A DNA stretch of 64,000 bases, from NCBI GenBank assembly GCA_034439815.1, contig JAWXBD010000173.1:1874-65873 (forward strand), given 5' to 3'. The stretch comes from Phycisphaerae bacterium. Its GTDB lineage: Bacteria > Planctomycetota > Phycisphaerae > Phycisphaerales > SM1A02. The translations under genes were made by a program, and so were the position numbers. This document shows, in pieces, positions 46,666 to 54,638 of the stretch. The notes below the pieces were generated by a model. That model was not told the DNA's origin. It saw only the letters and a program-made list of their open reading frames with translations, and did no database searches. Every line of letters starts with the position of its first letter. Within the stretch, counting starts at the first letter, position 1.

Positions 46666-46801
46666 AAAAGTTTTCATGTGCTCTCGAAGAACCTTCGAGA
46701 CCCCGCTTGGCAAGACCCATTAAGCGTGGCAAATTCAAGAGTTAGCGAATTATCCACAGGCCGCTCTCGCCGCTGTGGAAATGTGGGGAGTCCGTGCGGA
46801 T

Positions 46802-47494
46802 ATGAGCACCAAGAAGCCTGGCAAGCCTGCAACGTCACCAGACACCGCGCCCCCAGCGACGGAGGCGGTCGCGCCTCCCATTGATCCACGGCTCGCAGCG
46901 CTCGCGCTGATCCCCCACAGCAGCTTCATCCTGACCTCGGCATTCGGCGAGATCCGCGCCGGCGTCGTGGTGCACTGGGTCCAGCAGGTTTCGTCGACGC
47001 CGATGCTCGTGGTCGTGGCGATTGAAAAGGGGCAGCCGCTCAGTCCGGTGATTCGCGACAGTCGGCGCTTCGCGCTGTGTCAGCTCGACAATGACGACCG
47101 CGTGCTCCGCCGAATGTTCGAGGGCGAGCGGGCCGACCCGTACACCCGCCACGAGGTCTTCGACCCGTTTCTGGGCATCGCCACGATGACCACGGCCGGC
47201 GGCGTTCCTGTTCCGCTCAAGAGCCTGGCCTGGCTCGACTGCGAACTGTCGCGGCATCTGGATGTCGAGGGGAACTGCGAGCTGTACATCGGGCTGGTGC
47301 ACAGCGGCGGCGTGCTGCGGCCCATGAGCGACGCGCAGGTGCCTGTCGCGGCGCGTGCCCCCGGTTCCGCAGTGCCGGGTCGGGTGGAGGCGAGCACGAT
47401 CCGTCCGATCCAACCGCTCAACGGGCATGCCAACGGGCACGCTGGTCCGCGGTCGACTAACGACGCGACTCACGGCGCCAAGCGACGAGCGTGA
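46802..47494 (+). CDS. flavin reductase-like domain protein
   Basis: I chose the start at 46802 (MSTKKPG...). The core SSFILTSAFGEIRAGVVVHWVQQVSSTPMLVVVAIEKGQPLSPVIRDSRRFALCQL fits the flavin reductase (PF01613-type) pattern. Confidence 0.75.
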   Translation: MSTKKPGKPATSPDTAPPATEAVAPPIDPRLAALALIPHSSFILTSAFGEIRAGVVVHWVQQVSSTPMLVVVAIEKGQPLSPVIRDSRRFALCQLDNDDRVLRRMFEGERADPYTRHEVFDPFLGIATMTTAGGVPVPLKSLAWLDCELSRHLDVEGNCELYIGLVHSGGVLRPMSDAQVPVAARAPGSAVPGRVEASTIRPIQPLNGHANGHAGPRSTNDATHGAKRRA

Positions 47495-47515
47495 GCGTCC
47501 GCCTACACTCGGCGA

Positions 47516-48691
47516 ATGTCGATGGATGTACGCCCGGTCGCAACTGGCAAGACGATGACGGAAAAGGTGGCGGCGGAGGTGGCGCGCCGAGTCCCGCTGC
47601 TGTCGCCTCGCCCAGGACCGTTTGTGAACGCCTCCAACCGGTGCAGCCTCGACTACCGCGCGGAAGCGGTACTGCTGCCTGAGCTGGGCTATCCGATCAT
47701 CGACGCGCACACGCACGTGAACGGCCCTGAGGCTGCGCGCGTCATGCTGGAAGCAATGGACCTGTACGGCATCGGCCGCGTCTACTCGATGACGCTGATC
47801 GAACAGGTCCCGGCGATCCAGGACCTGTACGGCGATCGCATCCGTTTCATCGCGATCCCGGACTGGGCAAGCACCGATCGGCGGCTTGCCAACGGTGCCG
47901 GGTTCCTCAAGAACATCGAACGGTTCCACGCGCTCGGCGCCCGCATCGTCAAATTTTGGCAGGCCCCGCGCACGATCGATCTCGCGACCGATGCCGGCGA
48001 TCCACGCCTCTTCGCGATCAACGGTCCCGACCGGCTGCGCGCGATGGAACTCGCTGATTCGCTCGGCATGACGTTCATGACGCACATCGCCGATCCCGAC
48101 ACGTGGTTCTCCACGCGCTACAAGGACGCATCGAAGTACGGCTCGAAGAGCTCGCACTACGAGCCGCTGGAAATTCTGCTCGATCGATTCCGCCATCGAA
48201 CCTGGATCGCCGCGCATATGGGCGGCTGGCCTGAAGATCTCGCGTTCCTGTCGGGGCTGCTCGATCGGCATCCGAATCTGCATCTCGACACCAGCGCCAC
48301 GAAGTGGATCGTGCGCGAACTGTCAAAGCATCCGCTTGTCGATCTCACTGCGTTCGTGCAGCGCTACCGCGGACGTCTCTTGTTCGGATCCGACATCGTG
48401 ACCGCCGACGAGCATCTGAAGAGCGTTGAAGGCAAGACGGAAATGCAGGCGAAGGCGGAGAGTCCGGAGACTGCGTTCGATCTGTACGCGAGTCGCTACT
48501 GGGCGCTGCGCATGCTGTGGGAGGGCGAGGGCTCGATGGAGTCACCGATCTGCGATCCCGATCTCGCCATGGTCGCGCCGGAGTGTCATCCGGCGAACGC
48601 TGCCCCGATGCTGCGCGGTTCGCAACTCGCACCGGATCTCCTGAAGTCGCTTTACCACGACGCGGCGATGGCCGTGCTCCCACATGCTTAG
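47516..48691 (+). CDS. metal-dependent amidohydrolase (TIM-barrel, Amidohydro_2-like)
   Basis: 391 aa. IIDAHTHV metal-binding motif, later FMTHIADP and AAHMGGWPE motifs. Confidence 0.75.
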   Translation: MSMDVRPVATGKTMTEKVAAEVARRVPLLSPRPGPFVNASNRCSLDYRAEAVLLPELGYPIIDAHTHVNGPEAARVMLEAMDLYGIGRVYSMTLIEQVPAIQDLYGDRIRFIAIPDWASTDRRLANGAGFLKNIERFHALGARIVKFWQAPRTIDLATDAGDPRLFAINGPDRLRAMELADSLGMTFMTHIADPDTWFSTRYKDASKYGSKSSHYEPLEILLDRFRHRTWIAAHMGGWPEDLAFLSGLLDRHPNLHLDTSATKWIVRELSKHPLVDLTAFVQRYRGRLLFGSDIVTADEHLKSVEGKTEMQAKAESPETAFDLYASRYWALRMLWEGEGSMESPICDPDLAMVAPECHPANAAPMLRGSQLAPDLLKSLYHDAAMAVLPHA

Positions 48692-48708
48692 GGACCGATG
48701 CGAAGGGA

Positions 48709-50112
48709 CTATGGGTTGAGCCGCACCTGCTGCTGCTTCTGGTTCGATCCGCGGCGATACATCAGCTCGTAGGCGAAGTCCTTCGTCGTGTTCGCGCCGA
48801 CCGTCGATGTGAACTCCGGTGTGCGGTAGTCAAAGAGTGCCGGACTCAGCGCGCTCTGCATCGTCACGTCGCCATCGATCGGGAAACGCCACGCGACAGT
48901 CACCGGAACGTCGCGATAGTTGCGGATCCGCTCGACGCGCACCTCGTGGTCGTTCCAGCCGGCGATCGCATAGCGCTGGTCGATCTTCTCGCCGCCCGCC
49001 GGACTCACGAGCTTGTCCGTGTTGCCGACCTTGAACCAGAACTCGTCGCGGTAGTTCCGCTGCACGATCCGCTCGAGCAGGACCTGCGGGTCGCTCCCGA
49101 GATTGAACTCGAACTCCTGCCCGATCGGCACATACTTCGTCGTGACGAATGCCAGGACGCCGAGTCCGTCATTCGATGCCGTCGTCTGAAAGAGCCGCAC
49201 CGTTCCGTCCGGCAGCGGCGAACCGCCCAGCGTGCTCGCCTCGTCGTTCCGCACGAGATACAGCCGCACGAGCCCGTCGCCGTATTCCTGCGGGCGATAG
49301 CGGTACTCGACGCGGAACGGCACCTTCGTGCCTTCGAAGAGCCGCATGCGCTTCGACCAGCCGTTCTTCACCGTTTCCGTTCCGGGAACGGTGAAGATGA
49401 AGTATTCGGAGAGGCCTTCCTTGACGATCTGCTTTTGATCGTCTGCTCGCTCCTTGAAGCTGTCGGCGAGCGCACCACCGACTGCGGCGCGGGCCGGTGC
49501 CGGCATCGACTGCACCGCTGCGCCTCCGCGCAGCCGCTCGAGCACTTCATTCGAAACGATTCCGCGCTGCGCGAGCGCGGCGATCTTCTCGACGAGATTG
49601 ATCGTGCCGACGACCATCCGCACGCTGGCGTGCTCATAGTCCTCGCCGGAGTTGTTGATGATCGTCACGAATCCCTCGAACGACATCGACGACTCCGGGC
49701 GATCGACGGTCCCGACGTAGTCTGCAGCCCACGAGATGCCGCTCGTGAAGTAGCTGATCTCAACCACGGCGTCGCCGTCAAATGACGACTCCACGGTCCA
49801 GTACAGCGCCTGCGGCCGATCGTGCGGAAAACGCGTGTCGATCAGTTCGAGTCCCTTCGGGCTGCCCGAGAAGCGCAACGACACGCTCGATGCGTCGATG
49901 AGCGTGTTGGCCCAGGAGAACTGCAACTGGTTGGCGCCGGTGCGCACGGTGAGATGACGGGTCTCGCGCACGAGGGTCAAGTCCTCGCCGTTGTAAATCG
50001 TCAGCTGCACGCTATCGCGTCCCGGCAGCGTCGACATGTCGATGTTCTGGGCGGGCGCCGTCCCGGCGAGGAGGAGCACAAGCACGATCGCGATGTATGT
50101 GATGAGTCGCAT
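48709..50112 (-). CDS. secreted DUF4139 domain protein (MuiA-like family), paralog 1
   Basis: I chose the start at 50112 (MRLITYIAIVLVLLLAGTAPAQ signal peptide). LTIYNGEDLTLVRETR, QFSWANTLIDASSV, ISWAADY; paralogous to the next gene. Confidence 0.8.
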   Translation of the reverse strand: MRLITYIAIVLVLLLAGTAPAQNIDMSTLPGRDSVQLTIYNGEDLTLVRETRHLTVRTGANQLQFSWANTLIDASSVSLRFSGSPKGLELIDTRFPHDRPQALYWTVESSFDGDAVVEISYFTSGISWAADYVGTVDRPESSMSFEGFVTIINNSGEDYEHASVRMVVGTINLVEKIAALAQRGIVSNEVLERLRGGAAVQSMPAPARAAVGGALADSFKERADDQKQIVKEGLSEYFIFTVPGTETVKNGWSKRMRLFEGTKVPFRVEYRYRPQEYGDGLVRLYLVRNDEASTLGGSPLPDGTVRLFQTTASNDGLGVLAFVTTKYVPIGQEFEFNLGSDPQVLLERIVQRNYRDEFWFKVGNTDKLVSPAGGEKIDQRYAIAGWNDHEVRVERIRNYRDVPVTVAWRFPIDGDVTMQSALSPALFDYRTPEFTSTVGANTTKDFAYELMYRRGSNQKQQQVRLNP

Positions 50113-50138
50113 GGAGGTATTCCCTTCTTCGATGCCGA

Positions 50139-51320
50139 TCACCATTCGTTGCGAATCAGGACATGCAGCGTTTCGGTCGTCTTGACCGCTTTCTGATCGG
50201 CGCCGCGCGGTGGCGCGCTCACGTGAAAGACGACGCGGTCACTCGTTGACTTCTGGGCATCGATCTCGCGCAGCGTCCCATCCTGCTGAAGCTCCCACTC
50301 CACCGCCCGCTGGTCTCTGCCGACGACCTCGTTGCGCAGGTGACGCATGGATTCCGCGATGTCGATCGTGACCGCTTCGTCCTTGAAATTTTCGATCTCG
50401 TACTTCACGATCACGTCGTGGTCCGAGAGAACGCCCGCGGTGGGTGTGCGCTCGCGCCGCTCGATGATGCGCCGCACGACGACGTCCTTCGCGACGCCGA
50501 CGAACAGCCGCAGCTCGTCGTCCTTGGACGCGAACGGCGCCCAATCCTCGCCGAGGAACGCCACGGTCCCCCTGCCGTCGTCCTGAAAAATGCGTGCTTT
50601 GCCGGGTTCCAGGGGGAACGTGCCGAGACCGCTCGCGACGTCGTTCTTCAGCACATAGTGCATCGGAATCTTCAGCTGCTGCTTGGCAGGATCAAGCATT
50701 CCGAAGCTCGCGAGATCGGCGGTGTAGGTCTTCCGCACCGGAACGTTGTCGATGCGGGCGGCCAGAATCTTGCGCGTTTCGTTGCGTCCGATCGGCCGTT
50801 CAAGCCGCTCACCGAAGCCCATGGTCATGCCGCTGGCGCCGAACTCCTCACTCGTGCGATTGTGAAGCTGGACGTACTGCCAGAGCGTCAGCGTCTTCTC
50901 GTCCTTTGCAGTCTCGGCCCGGTATTCGTAGGTCTTGTCCACGCCCGCGATCACGTAACTGATCCGTACCTTCGCAGGTCCGGCATCGGGTGCGGCGACC
51001 TGCCACGTCAGCGCGTTCTCGCCGGGCGGATACGAGACGCTCAGCACGCGGATGTTCTCGGGATCCGTCAGGCTGCGGAACTGAATGGTGTTCCGATCGA
51101 TCGCTGTGTTCGCCCACGCGAAGACCACGTCATTCGCCCCCTTCGCGAGCGGCACCGTCCGTTCCTCTTCCACGAGCGTGATGCCGAGCCGCTCCAGTCG
51201 AATCTCGACGCGCTCACGCTCCGGCAGCGCAATCAGCTTCACACCGGCAAACGTCGTGGGAGCAAGGCCGATCAGCGCGACGAACGAGAGAGCGAAGGCG
51301 GCCGCATGGAAGCGTGACAT
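50139..51320 (-). CDS. secreted DUF4139 domain protein (MuiA-like family), paralog 2
   Basis: I chose the start at 51320 (MSRFHAAAFALSFVALIGLAPTTFA signal peptide) with an AGGAG RBS upstream. VFAWANTAIDRNTIQF parallels QFSWANTLIDASSV of paralog 1. Confidence 0.8.
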   Translation of the reverse strand: MSRFHAAAFALSFVALIGLAPTTFAGVKLIALPERERVEIRLERLGITLVEEERTVPLAKGANDVVFAWANTAIDRNTIQFRSLTDPENIRVLSVSYPPGENALTWQVAAPDAGPAKVRISYVIAGVDKTYEYRAETAKDEKTLTLWQYVQLHNRTSEEFGASGMTMGFGERLERPIGRNETRKILAARIDNVPVRKTYTADLASFGMLDPAKQQLKIPMHYVLKNDVASGLGTFPLEPGKARIFQDDGRGTVAFLGEDWAPFASKDDELRLFVGVAKDVVVRRIIERRERTPTAGVLSDHDVIVKYEIENFKDEAVTIDIAESMRHLRNEVVGRDQRAVEWELQQDGTLREIDAQKSTSDRVVFHVSAPPRGADQKAVKTTETLHVLIRNEW

Positions 51321-51504
51321 CGAGAGCAACTCCTGAGAACGAGAGCAAGGGAAGGAAGCGCGCAAGGCGCGCCGGCGTTGGCCCATGGCCGACGATGGCG
51401 CTGCGCGGACAGTACGCGATATGGTTTTCGAATGGGAATTCGGACGTTGCGGTCGATCGTGCGGCCTGCGCCGCGCATGCCACGTCCCGCGCGTTCGTTC
51501 GTCG

Positions 51505-52509
51505 TCAACGGCAGGCGGCTGTCCCGGCCCAGCGCTGCATCCACGCGCGCTTCCTCGCGTCCGCTTCGTCAGCGCGCCGAGCATCATCGGCAGGACGGTG
51601 GCGACTCGGTGGATCGGCGATCCACGCCACGAGCGTCCGAGTGGCGCTGAGCGGATCGTCCCTCGAAAACGTCGTCGTCGCGACGTCCGGCGGCTGGAGC
51701 GCCTCAGCGCAGTCCACTTCGCTCAGGACCGGGACCCCCGCTGCAACTGCCCATAGGCTCGGGAGTTGTGAGCAGGCGGCCGGCTGCCCTGTCGTCCAAG
51801 ACCGTCGACCAAGCGCGGCCGCGCCACCCGTCGCAAGTCCGTCCCCGAGCACCAGCGCCACGTCCAGCCCGTGCACGATCTCCCATGGCTGCGCGATGCG
51901 CGGGTCGTGCACGAGTCCAGACTCACGCCCCGACGTTGCCGTCCACCGTGTCATCCACTGGTTCATCCATTGCGCCGTCGTCCCGCTGCGGGCTGCGCGA
52001 GGATGCACCACGAGACGAACGTTCAGCCCGCGCACGGCGACCGTGCTGACGATGTCGGCGGCGCGGCGCACGTCACAGTGCGCTACGGGATCCGCAAGCA
52101 GTCCGACGACACACACGGAATCATCGGCGCGCCATGACGCGCGCACCCGCGCGCGATCGCACGGTATGCGCGAGGCATCAACAAAAGCGTGCGACGGCTC
52201 AGGCACGATGATCTCGATGTTCGCATGCGTCGCGCGCAGATCATCGTGCAGCGCCCTGCTCCAGCACACGAACCGCTCGGCCCGCAGCGGCGCGAGCGCC
52301 CGGCGCAGCGATCGGCGCGCGAGCGCCGGTTCGCGCAGCGGCGGGCAGAACGCACCGGACACTTGCAGATCGAGCGAGCGGGCGATATGCACGGCGGACT
52401 GCGGTCCGACGATGAAGACGCCGTGACTCCCGCCCACCAGTGCCGCGAGATCGGCGGCCTGCGCAATGAGCGTCGCACCGTCATCAGCGGCGGCTTCAAT
52501 CAGGTGCAT
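51505..52509 (-). CDS. hypothetical protein, possibly a degenerate GT4/GT1-fold glycosyltransferase
   Basis: 334 aa with coding-like codon usage. It is preferred over the overlapping Ser/Ala-rich + strand ORF 51314-52426. The C-terminal PSLWAVAAGVPVLSE resembles the GT-B EAMAxGxPVV motif. The functional call is weak. Confidence 0.45.
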   Translation of the reverse strand: MHLIEAAADDGATLIAQAADLAALVGGSHGVFIVGPQSAVHIARSLDLQVSGAFCPPLREPALARRSLRRALAPLRAERFVCWSRALHDDLRATHANIEIIVPEPSHAFVDASRIPCDRARVRASWRADDSVCVVGLLADPVAHCDVRRAADIVSTVAVRGLNVRLVVHPRAARSGTTAQWMNQWMTRWTATSGRESGLVHDPRIAQPWEIVHGLDVALVLGDGLATGGAAALGRRSWTTGQPAACSQLPSLWAVAAGVPVLSEVDCAEALQPPDVATTTFSRDDPLSATRTLVAWIADPPSRHRPADDARRADEADARKRAWMQRWAGTAACR

Positions 52510-52569
52510 CGTGGAAACGTGAATCTCCTGCGGCTGAACAGGTTCTTCGGAGTGGATTCTTCGGAGTGC

Positions 52570-53310
52570 TCAGCGTGGACCGAGATTCTCGCCGAAATCG
52601 ATCCGCTCGTACTCGTAGAACAGCTTGCCGATCTGTTCGCCCAGCTCAATCGCGAGCTTGTCTTCGACCACACGCCGCTTCGCCACCGTGTTGATGTGAT
52701 CCTGATCGACTTCGCGCACCTTCCCGACCAGGTCGTACCCGGGACCGTCGCTGCCGGGAAAGGTTCGAATGTTGTTCACGACATCGATCACCTTGATCAC
52801 CGCAGTGGCGGTTGGCGTCGCGCCTGTCGAGATGCCGCCGCTCGCATTGCCACCGTCGCCCACCAGCGAAAAGCCCGTCACCTGCACGTAGATGACCTGC
52901 TGACACTCGAGTTCACGGCCGATTGCCGCGATCGACAGCGGCTTCGCGCCGTCTTCGCGCTGGCGCGTGAGGATGATTGCGTCGGCAGGGCGCACTGCAC
53001 TGGGAACGAGCGACCGTTCCATGATGTCGCGCGAGACTTTGTCACCGATCGCCGCCCGCATCGACGTGCGGGGCAATACGTTCTGGCGATCATCGACAAA
53101 GACGACGGTGCGCACCGGCGCCAGTTCGTGCATGGCCTCGATCTTGCCTGGTCCAAAGATCGCGTACGCGGCAGGCACTCCGACGTTGCAGCCACTCATG
53201 CTGCTCAAGGCGAACAGTGCCGAGATTGCGGCGCCGAGCGCCGCCGTCGCGCAGCACTGGCGGCGGGTCGGCTTCAACAGGCTGGGTTGCAACAGGCTGG
53301 GCTTCATCAT
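52570..53310 (-). CDS. hypothetical lipoprotein
   Basis: I chose the start at 53310 (MMKPSLLQPSLLKP...ALFALSSMSGC lipobox). The ATG overlaps the upstream stop (ATGA). The N-terminus contains a 15-nt tandem duplication. Confidence 0.65.
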   Translation of the reverse strand: MMKPSLLQPSLLKPTRRQCCATAALGAAISALFALSSMSGCNVGVPAAYAIFGPGKIEAMHELAPVRTVVFVDDRQNVLPRTSMRAAIGDKVSRDIMERSLVPSAVRPADAIILTRQREDGAKPLSIAAIGRELECQQVIYVQVTGFSLVGDGGNASGGISTGATPTATAVIKVIDVVNNIRTFPGSDGPGYDLVGKVREVDQDHINTVAKRRVVEDKLAIELGEQIGKLFYEYERIDFGENLGPR

Positions 53311-53984
53311 TTGGCGTCCGGGTATTTGTCTTCGATGTGGGTGTAGAAGAGCCACGATGACTTCTGCACGAACTTCGTGAGAAGTCCGGTCAAAATCGCC
53401 TGCGCGGAAGCACTCTCGCGGCCGATCCCCTCCTGATTGGGGAAGCTCGATCGCACGTCAAACGTGTACGCATACGCATCGGGATCGAGGCCGTCACGCT
53501 CGATGATGCCGATATTGGCGGCTGCGACACCCTCCCACAGATACTGGTTTCCCGGCGGGTTCAAGCGAAACTCATAGATGTCGATGATGACGACACGGTC
53601 GACGCCAAGTTCGTCGGCAATCTGGCCGTACGGCAACGTCGTCCAGGCCGGAGTCTGATACTGCCACTGGGCGACGGTCGCCGGTGCGAGCAGCGAAACA
53701 CCCTTCACGTTCGACTGAATGCGCACTGCGACATTCGCGGCGACGTTTAGCGTGACATTCGGAAAATCGTAGAGCGTTGATGCGTCGGCATGCACGAGCA
53801 CTGCACACGTGCGGTTCTCGAGACCGTCATACTCGGCAAGCACTTCGATCTTCTTGTTGCGCTCGATCTCGTTGCCGACCGCACCGGCAATGCCCATGAC
53901 GGCGCATCCGCTGAGGTACGTCGCGCACACGAGGATTGCGACGACTGCAGATGTCGTGGAGTTGATGGCCGGCACGCATTTCAT
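53307..53984 (-). CDS. hypothetical lipoprotein (LpoB/CsgG-like size and layout, not verified)
   Basis: I chose the start at 53984 (MKCVPAINSTTSAVVAILVCATYLSGC lipobox), which overlaps the DUF2752 stop (ATGA). Confidence 0.7.
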   Translation of the reverse strand: MKCVPAINSTTSAVVAILVCATYLSGCAVMGIAGAVGNEIERNKKIEVLAEYDGLENRTCAVLVHADASTLYDFPNVTLNVAANVAVRIQSNVKGVSLLAPATVAQWQYQTPAWTTLPYGQIADELGVDRVVIIDIYEFRLNPPGNQYLWEGVAAANIGIIERDGLDPDAYAYTFDVRSSFPNQEGIGRESASAQAILTGLLTKFVQKSSWLFYTHIEDKYPDAK

Positions 53985-54478
53985 GGAAGAAGACCTCGGA
54001 AGGACGCGATCTTGTAGAGCCACGCGGCCAGTGCGAACACCAGAATGAACCATCCGACGCGCGGCGTGACGAGCCGGAGCAGATGACCGCCGAGCCCGCC
54101 GCCGGTCGCAGCGACGAACGCCGCAACCACGGCTGCGGCCGCCGTGGCGATTGCGAGCACACACCCAAACGGCTGTGCCCGAAGTGATGCGAGAAGATCA
54201 CCATCGGCCGCGGCGGCGAACGCCGTCGTCATGCCACAAGTCGGGCATGGTACCCCGGCGGCCGTGACCCAATTGCAAGGGGGCAGTCCAAGCTGATGAT
54301 GCGTGCCGAGTCCCGACCGGTCGGGGCTCAGCCAGGCCGCCATCGCAAGCAGAGCGATCGCGCCGACGAAGACGATCAATGCCGCCGAGCGCCGGCCCGG
54401 ATTGCGTCGTCCGGAGACGGCCAACGCGGGAACAGGGGGCGGGGAGACGGTTTGCGACTGATCTGGCGCGACGGACAT
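53981..54478 (-). CDS. DUF2752 family membrane protein
   Basis: 165 aa. LPPCNWVTAAGVPCPTCGMTTAF matches the DUF2752 C-x7-CPxCG(M/L)T(R) signature. TM segments flank it. Confidence 0.75.
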   Translation of the reverse strand: MSVAPDQSQTVSPPPVPALAVSGRRNPGRRSAALIVFVGAIALLAMAAWLSPDRSGLGTHHQLGLPPCNWVTAAGVPCPTCGMTTAFAAAADGDLLASLRAQPFGCVLAIATAAAAVVAAFVAATGGGLGGHLLRLVTPRVGWFILVFALAAWLYKIASFRGLLP

Positions 54479-54638
54479 GAACCCGCGAGGCTACCGGCCC
54501 GGAGCCGCTGCGACAATACCCGCCCCCCAAAACAGCGCGCCTCTTTGCAGACCGCGCGGCCAATCCAGCACGCGGTCGTGCGCGGGCGTTGCCCCCGCTC
54601 ATTAGGATGCGAGGGGAAAGCACCTCGGTGTTCACCGC

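Noticed and set aside
51314-52426. 370-aa + strand ORF competing with the minus-strand ORF 51505-52509.
   Set aside because: The + strand product is an Ala/Ser/Arg/Thr-rich low-complexity string. The minus-strand ORF has balanced composition, sits in register with the surrounding minus-strand operon and has a GT-like C-terminal motif. Confidence in the minus-strand gene is still only moderate.
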